Part shown: piece after piece, positions 1 to 12,665 of the stretch
How the letters are laid out: each line of letters opens with the position of its first letter
Numbering within the stretch: the stretch's first letter is position 1
NCBI GenBank assembly: GCA_000320545.1
Contig: ADNK01002959.1
Location: forward strand, 106,593-170,592
From: Bigelowiella natans CCMP2755
Taxonomy: Eukaryota > Protista > Cercozoa
Direction: 5' to 3'
Length of the DNA: 64,000 nucleotides
The notes under the pieces: generated by a model
What the model saw: only the letters and a program-made list of their open reading frames with translations
The model's database searches: none
Told to the model about the DNA's origin: nothing
Made by a program: the position numbers and the translations under genes

Positions 1-372
1 GTGTGTGTGTGTGTGTGATGGTAATGATCATGATAGCGATGAGCTGATGATACTATTTATTTCGCACACTATCAAGGCACGAATGATTCTTCAAGGTGCT
101 GCTGCGAACGATGGGGAAGTGAGTAGTTTTAACACTAACATAATGGTACGCAGAAGGTCATCGTCGCATGATTGCAGAGGACCTCGCTTATTCCTACATT
201 ATAATTTTTGAAAAATAAGTGTTCACCATTGCGTGATCCCCCTTGGAAATTGAAGATATCACCAATCCACCCTAGGTGGAATGGAAAGAACTAAAATCAA
301 ACGTTGGGGGACCTGTGATTTGGGGCTACCTCCGTCGTCATCCTGATATTCCACGTAATTTTAAGCAGATTT

Positions 373-418
<46 letters not shown>

Positions 419-656
419 TATGAACACGAAGCTGTTGTAAAAAAAAAACCGAACGGACTATGGGAGGGAGGACGTTCATTTAGTAGATTAGAAAGAAGAA
501 AAATCCACGATGGAGATGTTAAAGAGGAAGATGGAGAAGCAACATGACCTATTATATACACTTACCTCTTCAATAAGTAATCTTATAGTTGTCTGTAGAC
601 GTACGTACTACTACGAGACCATCTAACAAAACTACGAGACCATTTAACAAAGTATA

Positions 657-697
<41 letters not shown>

Positions 698-1339
698 AAT
701 GCTTTTTACAGTCGTATTGAGCTGTGGAATCCTTTCTTTGGGCGTTCTGTGGGTGTGGTTACTACAACGTTACTCGGTATTATTCTTCTTCTTATTATTG
801 TTTTTATTTTTGATATTATATGTGTTCTCATTAATAGCAGTATTGCTCTTTTTGTCATCATCTAGCTGTTCTTATCGTCTTCTCCTCGATTTTAGTTGTT
901 GACGATTTCTGTACTGTTTGTTCGTGATCCATTGCTTACTCATAAAAGAACTCGATGATTTCTTCATATCATTAAACCTACTATTTTCCGTTTGTACGTG
1001 CAGAGGGCTACCATTTGGGGAGCTTCTATCGTGAAATGTTTATTCTTCATCTCCTTGAGGTACAGAATAATGATGGATAATTCGAATAAACCCAATACAC
1101 GTGGTGTGAGTAACGATATAAGAAAGTCAATGACACAAATTCAGAACTTGCCTATGAGGAAAGAGCGTAGCTACTACTCTACATCATCATCATCATCATC
1201 ATCATTATTATTATTAGTTGTTGTAGTTATTACCTAATATGTCAGTGTTGTCTACTAGTAGCAATGGTAGTAGGAGAATAGATCCACTGGTGGTAGCACC
1301 GCACAAAATGTAGAATCTCCATAAGCAAATAAATTGTGT

Positions 1340-1392
<53 letters not shown>

Positions 1393-2513
1393 ATTTGTAT
1401 ATAGTGTTTACACACACGCGCACTTGCTTCAGATCATGAAATGTATCATGATGACATTATTTGTTAAACATCGTTTTCATGATGATCACTCATATTTTAT
1501 TCAGCATGAGCTTCAGTGGAATTCTTGGCGGCGTATGCATTCCCATTGTTGTTGCCTTAATTGCTACGATGATGTACGCTTAAGATCACTTTAACATTTG
1601 ATAAAACAAGAAGAATAGAATCTAGTAGTAGTAGTAGTAGTAGTAGTAGTTGTTGTTGTTGTAGTGGGAGTAGCGTAGCATTTGAAAGTAGTAGTAGCAA
1701 CACAATGAAATCATGTTGGAAGACAACTACATAATACTCAATAAAAACTTACAATATATTATATTGTAATTTGATATAAATGCTGTTGTCATCACCATTA
1801 TTTATCGTTGTTTTCATGAAAACCAAATTTGAACAACTAATCGTCGTCATCATCATCGTTGTGATTGATTGCCCTGTCCTCCGACATCATCTTAGATATA
1901 AATACAAAGAAATAAACTATGCTGCGGCATTTCTTCAGCAGGTCAGTGAATAAAACATGATTATAATAAAAACCTGGTAAGTTGGTAGATAGTGTACCAT
2001 TGCATTATCTCTTTGTAGTTGTAGCAGCAGCAGGTAGAACTGTTTTCCTCAATGATCACAAATCAAAGAAGAGGGGAAAGAAGAGAGAGAAAGACAGAAA
2101 GAGAGAGAGAGAGAGGGAGAGAGAGAGAGAGAGTATACTAAATACTGAGTAGTAAGTAGTTTTGATGATGATTACGATGAATTGTACAGTCGTGTGTATG
2201 TTTACGACATCACTGGGGGATTTGGTTTGCTTCACTTGGGGTAATAATTATATTGTTGTTGTTGTTGCCGTGTCGTTGATTCTATGTCCATAAAATTAAT
2301 AGATATTATGTATAATGCTTCATTGTTGATGGTTAGACTACTCAAGTGTGTAATTACATTTCTCAGCAAATAAATGAATGGTCCTCCTCCTCCTCCTCCT
2401 CCTGCTTCCACTCATTTTCACTCCTTAATTGTACCTAATTTAACAATAATGAGCAGGTTCAAGCAGGTTACTGGGTTGTTCTTTTATTCTACATCAAAGC
2501 ACAGGTAGTAGTT

Positions 2514-2546
<33 letters not shown>

Positions 2547-2728
2547 TTACACCTTACTACGACAATTTGATGATGATGATGATGAGGATGATGATTCTTC
2601 ATCTTTGATTGTTGTTGTAGTTTTTTAACACAATCATCCAGTAGTAATATTGTTATTTCCATTTCACTCGAAACCATGCTATTATTCCTCTTCGCATTCA
2701 TATATGCTTTCATTTAGTCTAGAAACAA

Positions 2729-2774
<46 letters not shown>

Positions 2775-2879
2775 TTCTGTAATATTCATAGCAGTAAGTT
2801 AACTCATTTTCTAATCTGCAATGTGTTATCAACATGGTTCAGATGTATCAGAGCAAAAGGAACTATGACCCTTACGGTA

Positions 2880-2928
<49 letters not shown>

Positions 2929-3961
2929 TCATAATCATCATCATCATCATCATCATCATTGAATTATGTTACTACTTTCATTTCTAACGGCGGAGCAATC
3001 ATCATCATCATTGAATTATGTTACTACTTTCATTTCTAACGGCGGAGCAATCATCATCATCATCATTGAATTATGTTACTACTTTCATTTCTAACGGCGG
3101 AGCAATCATCATCATCATTGAATTATGTTACTACTTTCATTTCTAACGGCGGAGCAATCATCATCATCATTGAATTATGTTACTACTTTCATTTCTAACG
3201 GCGGAGCAACCATCCTTATATGATATGCTGTTGTAGTCGTTTCTAACCTCTACTGTTGTTTGCTTGTTTTAAAAAAAGGGAAAACAAAACGCGTCTTATC
3301 TTCCTTGATGCTGGCCTGGATGACCTACTATCTGAAACAAGTAATTGCGAAGAAGAAACTTCATGAAGAATGAAGATGATGAGAAGAATTGATGAGAGAT
3401 GACGTAGTACAAGAGGCATATGAGGAGGAAAATACCTGCTGACGTGTCGTTTGGAACATGATTATTGTTATAGTTGTTATCATTATCATCATCATCATCA
3501 TCATCATCATCATGATCTTAGTTTCACTGTATTATGCTACAACTTCCATATAGCGGTAGCATTGGTGATAGTAGTAGTAATATTAACATGACATTGATGA
3601 GCACATCCTACATCACCAACCGTGACAACAGTAGTAACCAGCTTAAGATCTGCTTCCTACAATTCTTGGCCACTTCATTTCTCGTCGTTTGTGAGAAGAA
3701 TGATAACAATAGTAATAATAAGAATCACAATAATAATACTCCTACGAATACAGCAGGACATGGAAGAGAATTTGATGATAAAGATAATGACGACTGCTAT
3801 CCTGATATAGTTGTATTATACTGATGATTGTCGTTGCTAGGTGAAGTTGATGGTGGCGAGTGTGTCTACAGTCTCCTGGTATTTTCCAACAAATATGACC
3901 ATGGCTAAGGAAGCTTCGAAAATGTAGGTTTACTATCCCCACCACTATCACCATCATTAGC

Positions 3962-3999
<38 letters not shown>

Positions 4000-4204
4000 A
4001 GGCAGTGTTGGCATAGTAGTAGCAGTAGTAATAGTAGCAGTAGTAGTAGTAGTGACTATAGTAGTTGTAAGTGAGTGAGCAAGTAAGTAAGTTGTAGCAA
4101 AAGAAGATTCAAAACAACACAAAAAGTCTTATCATATTCTCATCATTTCCTCCCTTTCTCTCTATGACATATAGCTTTTAAGCAATCCACCCCCTCACCA
4201 TCTG

Positions 4205-4255
<51 letters not shown>

Positions 4256-4587
4256 CCTTTCCTATGTGTGTGTGTGTGTGTGTATGTGTGTGTGTGTAAT
4301 ATCGTGTTGTTCTTCTTATTATCTGATTTATTCTCCGTAAATGTATAATGTGGATGTGTTGTTGTTGTTGTTGTTGTTGTTGTTGTGTGTTTGTAGATTA
4401 ACACATCCATCCATAATAGCTCTGAAATGGGCGATGAGTGCAAGTTTGGGGACTCTTTCTCTGGTAGTAGTAAAGATAATGTATATAATAATAATATAAT
4501 TAGTAGTAGTGGTATTAGTAGTAGAAGTAGTAGTTTTATCAGAAGGTGCTGCTATTTTGTGTGCTCGTGCTATGTACACAATTTAGT

Positions 4588-4632
<45 letters not shown>

Positions 4633-4945
4633 AAGTAATGTACAATAGATATCACCAAAAAGGAACATCATGCACATCCACGTAATCCACATACATAAAC
4701 ACATTAAAAAGAAGACTAACATCTCGAATGAATATCTCCCTACTTACTCAGGGTGGATTATCATTGGCTTTAACGGATTTCTTTTATAAACAAAGTAGTA
4801 TTATCAGCAGCATAGTACATCATCAGTAGGAAATGATAAATAGCAGTAGCAGTGGGAATAGAAGCATACCACATCACTAGGAAATAGGAGGGAGTTCCAA
4901 CTGAAAAGAAGCAATACGAAAATCTTCATAGTAACATAGAGCAGT

Positions 4946-4982
<37 letters not shown>

Positions 4983-5237
4983 GAAACAGCAGCAGCACTG
5001 ACCATTATCAAATGATACCTATTCTTCTAGGCATGGTGAGGCTGTGCCTCTCAACCGCTTGTGGGTGTTTGCAGCAAGTTCTTGGGTATATCATGATCAC
5101 AAGAGAAGAAGAAAAAGAAGAGGAGAATAATGATGATTGACTTAAGATCATGATGATGATGATGATGATGATGATTTACAACGATGGGCTGATGTTTGTA
5201 GAATTTTTAATGGAAATATTGTTCACAAACATACACA

Positions 5238-5284
<47 letters not shown>

Positions 5285-7617
5285 TATACACATACACACA
5301 CATTATAAAATACACTACACTATACACGTACTGCATCATATATAACAGTTAAACTACATGGATTATTATCAATACTTCACAGATGATACTGCTCTGTTAT
5401 CTCCCTTGTAGTAGTAAAGTAGTAGTAAGTAGTAGTAGTATCACCATTATTAGTTATTACCACCTATCGTTATTTCCTACCCACTGACCTTAGAATATAG
5501 CAGAAGAAGCACATAGAGTGTTAACGACTACCTGTTTGTTGAATACTTGTCAGTTTATGCTGCATGCTTTGTGCAAAATCCACACAAGTAGCATCAAGGT
5601 TATAATATCATGGAATTCGATCTAAAAACAAGAGTGTACAACAACATCTCTCACAAATACGAGCAGCAACGATATATTGGATAGATTATGATCCACTAGC
5701 CAAATCAAATATCATGATTTTATATATCATCCCTTCCATCTTAATCTAAATGTCATGTCTTGGTATGTAGATATGCTATCATTGCTCATTCTGTGAGCAG
5801 TAAATCCTTCTTCAGATCTGGTATGACGACTGCTATATCGTTTATACATTTAGTAATAGTTTTGCATGATAATATTCTCATCATCATCATCATCATTCTT
5901 CTAGATGATGGATGGTGCTGATATTTTCTTTTCAAGCGTACAAGAACAACAAAAATTGATGATAACTACCTTCATATATGTAGGATTGAGTGCCAACAGA
6001 ATGTTAAGCAATAGGAAGGTGTTCGCAAATAGCTACTACTCGAAGTTTGTTGTCACCAAAGCCTCTTTTTCTTTGTAGTAGCATACAGGAAACATCCAAT
6101 AATATATCACCATCATCATCATCATCGTTATCATCGTTATAACTACGTGATCAGTAAAAGAAGAGAGCTACGACGTGAGTGTATGTTTTTCTTTAACTAC
6201 ATCATTATCACATTATACTGCTGGCTGCTGATGAGATCTCAACTGCAGATTTCTCTTCCTACCTACTGTGTTATAATATCCAAAAAAAACTGATATTAGT
6301 ATTAAATAATTATAAATGTGCATTTACCAGGTGCAACTTATTGTCTCTCAAGAGTTTGGTAGTAGTCCATATAATACTACGTAAATATCTTTCTCTATGT
6401 CGTAAATCGCTGCTCGATTCGCTGATGATCAGATCTTCCTCCTGTATCCTACTACTACTACTACTACAAGCAAGTGTTGTCGTATAACCCATCGATGCAA
6501 GTATGTACTACTACTACATTAGTAGCAATAATAATAAAAACAATAGTAATGATATCAATAATGCACAGGAGAGACTGTGGTATCGGTCTTTGCTTACAGC
6601 ATGGGTTTGCTGAGCGGCGTTGTGACGTTGATTTGGGTTGATGTTTCCGAGGACTTTGGATCCCTTCCTTTGACATTCTGGTGGTATATAAGAATATTAT
6701 AAAACTACTCATCATCATGCTTTTGAGTTTTTATATAATATGTGAGAAGTTCATAGAGGAAGTTGTTCTTGTCTGATGATTATTGCGACTCGCGTATCAA
6801 TTGTATCATCAAAATGTTGATCTTCATCATCATCATCATCATCATCATCAATCATCATCAATCATCATCAATCATCACAGTATCATATATGTAGTTCCTA
6901 CTCGTGGGCCTGGCAGGCAGTAATCGATGCCTTTTTAGTTATATTTTATCTGGTGACGATTTATTACCCTCTCACCACCCTTACGGTTAGAAGACAACCT
7001 CAAACATAAAGGCATGTTGTATGTTTGTTACATTGCATCATTTTCTTTTTTGATTGGTATTTTCACACAACTGTATTATTGCAATCAACAGAAGTAGTCA
7101 AGGTACAAAACATATAATGATGATTGATGATGATGGAGAGTGGTAATAGTAATAGGATTGAAAAGATTTTAAGTTACTACTACTTCTGCAAATGCAGGTA
7201 TTATCAATTTTGACTGGACAACTTGAGTATAAATCGGCCCCAGTCTTCATGGGATTGTTTGTCGCTGCTCTTGCACATCTTGTATTTTTATTCATGGCAG
7301 AGGTAATTTGAATTTACTCATAACTTATACTTAGTATTGTCATCATAGCCAGCCATGTATGTATTGCTGGAACTGCTACTATTCAACCAGTGATCATCCG
7401 TCTAAGACGACAACACTTTCACTTCAAACATTAGGTAATTCTTGATTCAACAAATGCGATTTTGTTCTGCTACGCAATTGAAACAAACAACACAATGAGA
7501 CCAAAGAATGGGATCAGTTCGGAGAACAACAAGGCAGCAACTAATGGAAGTGAAAACAACACATATCCCACGGTATCTTCCACCAATTTTGTAAATTGCA
7601 TAGGATGTGTACATTCA

Positions 7618-7653
<36 letters not shown>

Positions 7654-7909
7654 TTTGTGTGTAGTATAAAGTGCTGAATACACATGCCCTACTACAAATC
7701 CTTCAAATGAATTACGTATGTTTTCTGCCTGCCAAATTATAAACATTGTTGATATACCTTCCAATCTATAATAACACAGGAGATTATGATGGGTTCTATG
7801 CGAGCTAACGACGAGACGGTAGATTTCGCAAATTTCATTAGAAATGCGAACCCAGGTGTTGCATCCGCTCCATTGTGGGAAGAAACTACAGCATGAAGCT
7901 ATGAGATGA
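1..7909 (+). CDS. Unresolved multi-exon gene, probably a multi-pass membrane protein (5' end outside window), with microsatellite-rich introns
   Basis: AG..GT-bounded open exons on + strand, e.g. ~1003-1058 (GYHLGSFYREMFILHLLE), 6569-~6680 (GETVVSVFAYSMGLLSGVVTLIWVDV), 7198-7302 (VLSILTGQLEYKSAPVFMGLFVAALAHLVFLFMAE). Candidate last exon VLHPLHCGKKLQHEAMR* ends at 7909. Full exon chain not reconstructed. Confidence 0.4.
2948..3209. repeat. Minisatellite, 5 x ~52-55 bp
   Basis: Unit (cat)n-tgaattatgttactactttcatttctaacggcggagcaat repeated head-to-tail, differing essentially only in (cat)n length. Confidence 0.95.
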
Positions 7910-7992
7910 CTGTGATTTGTAGGAAACAAACAACACGGTGTTGTACACGCCGTTATCGACCTGTATCGTACCGTTAGATAAACATGACTAGA

Positions 7993-8049
7993 TGAGACAG
8001 ATCTAATGAATTAATCAAACCTTTTCAATGCTCATCCTAATGTAGCTGT
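7993..8049 (-). mobile_element. Short LINE 3'-tail copy (TA retained)
   Basis: Reverse complement acagctacattaggatgagcattgaaaagg...cattagatctgtctca matches the LINE terminus at 10050-10103. Confidence 0.8.
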
Positions 8050-8167
8050 AGAGCTATGCGTATCGTTCAACATGTAAATGTGCTCGTTGCATTGTTTGCA
8101 CGTCATTCGCTTGCTAGCTCTAGAGCATTATCATCTCCTAATGTAGCTGTGCAACAATATATGTGTA

Positions 8168-8230
<63 letters not shown>

Positions 8231-8274
8231 ATAATAAGTATCTTGGAAATAGACACAGGAATACCACAGCATAC

Positions 8275-8327
<53 letters not shown>

Positions 8328-8337
8328 GATGTATGTG

Positions 8338-8490
8338 TGAGACGGATGTGATGAAATGTTCAAATTTTTTCAATGGTCATACATATGTGTACACATATGC
8401 ATGTACATGTACATGCACATGTATGTGTATGAGATGATCCATGTCTTTCACGACCCCACAAGTGTTGCATGTGGCATCTGCCCATGTGTG
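8338..8490 (-). mobile_element. Inverted, internally deleted 3' fragment of the same LINE family
   Basis: 8338-8380 is the reverse complement of the LINE tail. 8431-8490 encodes (minus strand) [16 protein letters not shown], matching DATCDACGILKDMDHL in the LINE zinc knuckle. Confidence 0.8.
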
Positions 8491-8526
8491 CAGCGCACAT
8501 GCATGCATGTGCACACATGTGCACAT

Positions 8527-10103
8527 CGACGACTGGCTCAGAGATCGCACCGCCAGATTCAGATTTGGCAATGCTCTCTCTGAACACATGAATCTCAAGA
8601 GCGGCGTCCCCGAAGGATCATCTCTCAGCTGTTTCCTGTTCACAACCCATTGCGATGTTTGCGAACAAATTGACAACACAGATTTCCAAACATGCTGTGA
8701 CGACGTCACCCCCTGCAAATTGTTTTCGCCAAACCGATGGGGGAAAATGCAAGATGACATCCAGGCCGACCTGAACCAAATGACGGACTGGTGCATGAAA
8801 TGGCGGATGCGATTCAATGGGGACAAGAGTGGGCACCTCGTCATTGACAAAAGAAACAAAGCCTGCCGACACCAAACCTCCTGGAACATCTCTCTGAATC
8901 TCCAAGGCAAAATGAAAAGAGTCGACAGCGGCAGATGTCTCGGACTGATCTTCGACAACAAACTGACCTTTGAAAAACATGCTCTTGCTTCTCACCTGAG
9001 ATTGCAAAAGAAGCGAAGGTTTTTGTCAAGGTTGTGTTGTTCCAGACACCTTGTGCCGCTAAATGCCAGACTGAAATTTTGCAAATCATGGTTCCTTGCA
9101 TCCAGCAGACACGCAGCTCCAATGTGGAGATCACGAAGAAACATGCGAATGAAACAGATGGATTCCATGGAATCCCAAACCCTGAAACGTGCATTGGGAT
9201 CACCTGGATCCATCTCCAACGACGTTCCCCACGTCCTCACTGGCACGTTGCCACCCCGACATCAAACCAAAGTGCAATGTGCTGAATCATGGTTGCGCAC
9301 TGATGCATGGATCGACACAGGCAGCGGTCCTCAAATGCATGAGGGAACAAATGATTGCAGCAGTTGTGGCTTCATCATTGAAAATCGAAAAATGCCAGGT
9401 GGCACATCGTGGATTGATGTGTCCACAAACACGTGGAACAAGTGTCTTTGTTTCGTCGTCTCAAATCGATCACTGACGATTTGTTAGGTGACGAATTGCC
9501 CACAGTTTTGACGACAACAGAGGCGCTGAAAAAAGAATCAAAAAAACATCACAAGGTGATGAAATCCTGTGCTTTTGCCGAATTGCAGGAGGAATGGTCC
9601 AATGATTCATTGCGAGCTGTGCATCTCAAGAATCTTGGATTCCTTCCGTCATCTTCGATCACCGGCATCAAACTGAAACTTCCAAGTGTCGCTACATCAT
9701 GGATGCGCGCCATCTGTGGTGTCGGCAATCTTGGAAAATTCGTGTTCTCACGTGGACAATGCACAGAGACAGATGCCACGTGCGATGCATGTGGCATCCT
9801 GAAGGACATGGATCATCTCCTGCAATGTCCAACACACAGTCGAGAACAAATCAGATTGCGCAATCAAATGAGCGCAATCATGAATCGCAACGACGACACG
9901 AACCGGCTGACAAATGCTGAAAAGGACTCCAGAACTGCTGCGCGCAGTGCGCGGCAACATCGGTCGCATGAGGACGCTTTCAAATGCATGAAGCACGTGG
10001 TGGCAGAAACCAACAGATGCAACATTGGCGCTGCAGCCGCTGCATTGCACAGCCACATTGGGATGACCATTGAAAAAATTTGATTCTTCATTGCATCCGT
10101 CTC
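8527..10103 (+). mobile_element. 5'-truncated, frameshifted non-LTR retrotransposon (LINE): RT domain plus C-terminal CCHC knuckle; TpA-depleted
   Basis: RT motifs WLRDR, GVPEGSSLS (GVPQGS), CCDD (YADD position), WCMKWRMRFNGDKS, RCLGLIFDNKLTFEKH (KYLG..D.KL.F..H). Second frame 9433-10083 has CDACG...HLLQC. Ends ...catccgtctca. Confidence 0.92.
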
Positions 10104-10818
10104 ATGCATGCATGCATGGATGTTTCCTGTCTACAATTAGCATGATGGACTTTACTTCTCTCATGAACCGACCGACGCCGTAGCGTGCGTTCTACGTGGC
10201 GTTGCCTACGCCTAGACGCTGTTAGCACGACCGCACAGCTGCGTTCAACCTTGCTAGCTTTGCGTGGGCAACGTCTATGTGCATGTATGTAGCTAGCTAG
10301 AACGTACCACGTCGCCCTGTCGCCGGGCGCATTGAACAATTAAACGATAAAACGTAACTATGTAGGTAATAACGCTTGCGGCGCTGATCCCGATCTCATT
10401 GCGTACATTGTCAGGATCGAATCCTGCGCATCGCATGCATGCTCTGTCCTACCCTACTCACATCGCAATTGACAATGTGTGAACTGTGAGCAGGACTAGC
10501 ATCGCAATCGACAATAATGTGTGAACTGTGAGCAGGACTAGAGGAAGGAGTACAAGCGGTCTCAAATCGATCAGTGTACAAGTTAAGCATGTCAGCATGA
10601 CGCGGCTGCACGCTGCACAACTCCTACGTCATTCTGATGTGGCTTCTTCCTTACTGTAGCGACTGTTACTTCCTTTACATTTCAGGAGGCATATGGAGAC
10701 CATCCTGGCATGATCCATTCCTCCCTCATTGTTGCAACTCAGTCAAAAATGCATAAATTAAAGCAGCCATTCTACAGCCATCATTAGGTGCTCACATTGG
10801 GATTTTCTGTAATACAAT

Positions 10819-12166
10819 TTATACGAGGTGCGCTCCAACTGGATAACTGGAGGCACTCAGGATACCACAAATGCCACATACTGTTATTTCGGAAGGACCT
10901 CCCTTGCAGCCGAAACCGTCTTGAGGCGAGCTGTCGGTCTGACAAGATGCCTCTGCCTCGCGGAAGAGCTTAATGTAACCCTGCTCACCCCATGTAGTGC
11001 CCCAGGAGTTGCGCACAAGGTAGTAGTCGTCGCCATTCTCTGTACCATAGCCAACAAGCTGCACTGCGTGGTCAATATCACTTCCGCACTTACCCTTCAT
11101 CACACCACCACCATAAAGCTGCCAGCCAATAGTCCCAGCATCGACACTAATAGCCACAGGGCCAATGGTAGCGATCGCTTCCATGAGTGCAGTGTAGTTG
11201 TTAGTGGGGAGGTCAACTTGACCGGTCACATTTGCAACAGCCTTGATCTTGGAGGTATCACAGGTTCCAGTGCTTCCTTGATAAGGATAATCCTCCTCAG
11301 TCGTAATACCTGCTGATCCGATGTATTGGAAGGCGAGTGGCTGAGTAGAGCCTTGGCAACCGCCAGTGCCTCCACATTCCTCAGGATTTGGTGCGCAAGA
11401 CACAAGCTGCTGCTCGGAAAGGGTCATCAGTTTTCCCGTGGCAATGGCCAAGTGGGACTCCATCGTCTCGGATGAGGAAAATGCCCAACAAGCTAGCAGA
11501 AAAAGTAGAACATGTTAACACAAATCGAAGTACGTAATATATCCATACAATTATCTTTACTACAACGTATGGTGCGCTAATCTACTGAATTCTTACATCC
11601 ACATCCGCCCTGGTTCTTAACCGCGGTAACCACGCCCTTGTCCCTCCAGTCGACGCTGTCAGGCAGTGTAGCCAGAAACTCGTAATTCACAGGAGCAGCA
11701 CGAGCAACCTTGCTGTCTAAGCTCTGCAACTTAGGGTGGCTACGTTGATGGAACCCACGAGTGGAACGGCGAAACTCCTCGGGATGCAAATCAGTAAAGT
11801 CGTTAACCTATATTACAGTCAGAATCTTATCGTATCGCCTGAACGTGTATTATTCCTCATGATCTTCATGATGTACTTACGTGGAGGAAGTAAGAATGAT
11901 CCTCTTTATTGTGGCGGCGAATGATCTCCAAATGGCGTTCAAAGATGCCCTAAACAGATACGGCGGATTAGCACCTTTGAAACAAATTTCGCATTGTGGA
12001 GTAGAGGAACCTTGCGGTAGCCCATCTGTGACTCTGGATATGATTTTTTGAAGTCCACAAGATACTCATCGAAAGAGTAGGGATGTCCATTGGCAAGATC
12101 CTTATGGGAGACCCTGGGGCGTGCCTCAGCTTGGAAGCAGGAGAGGAGGAAGACAAGCGCGAACAT
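10819..12166 (-). CDS. Papain-family (C1A) cathepsin L-like cysteine protease, 4 exons
   Basis: Signal peptide; I29-like propeptide (VNDFTD); PDSVDWR; spliced QGGCG/SCWAF (catalytic Cys); LSEQQLVSC; DHAVQLVGYG (His); RNSWG (Asn); GEQGY. Confidence 0.95.
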
Positions 12167-12665
12167 GGGAGCTACTTCAGATATGAACTAAGATATATGA
12201 AGTTTTTGTGGTACAAATAATTCATTTCAAATTTCACTATTTGGTGTTATTTAGCCATATATTTGTGTTGTTTGCAGGATAATTACTATATTTCTCCTGT
12301 GAAATGTAAACACCAAAAACTCAATACTAAAATATTATGTCGTTTCCACATGAAGATGGTATCCGGAGAATCAATTAATGTGCAGAAATTACCATGTCGT
12401 ATAAGTAATTTCAAGTGCTTTTTTTGCAGATGCAACCCCAACTCCCTGCCTCTATTTTCCGCCAATTCGTCGAGAGTCTCGAGAGGCTCCCGTGTTTTTT
12501 AAGCATCTCGAGGGGTCTCCTGATTTTGGAATCTTGACGATCCTCGTACCCCTTGCCCCCCCTTTTCTTTGGACATTGGTTCTAGAGGTTGGCTCCTGGG
12601 TGTGTGATTCTAGAGAAGGCTTACCGATACAAAATATATCTATACTATCTAGCGCTTTTGCCATA

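Noticed and set aside
2948-3209. CRISPR-like array (also 46320-46480)
   Set aside because: No unique spacers and no cas genes; these are eukaryotic intronic minisatellites.
8527-10103. ADAR editing of the retro-RNA, or an alternative genetic code
   Set aside because: Both A->G and T->C occur on the same strand, and repeats with no RT similarity are affected. Host genes use Tyr codons and TAA/TAG stops normally.
8338-10103. Novel TIR transposon encoding a reverse transcriptase
   Set aside because: The apparent TIR is the LINE 3' tail, which also occurs solo four other times. The left arm is a diverged copy fragment.
8432-10130. CpG methylation-deamination or classical RIP as the source of the CA/TG excess
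   Set aside because: CG is abundant and TA is the missing dinucleotide. Tyr codons, TTAGGG and paralogues all give TA as ancestral. RIP would create TA.
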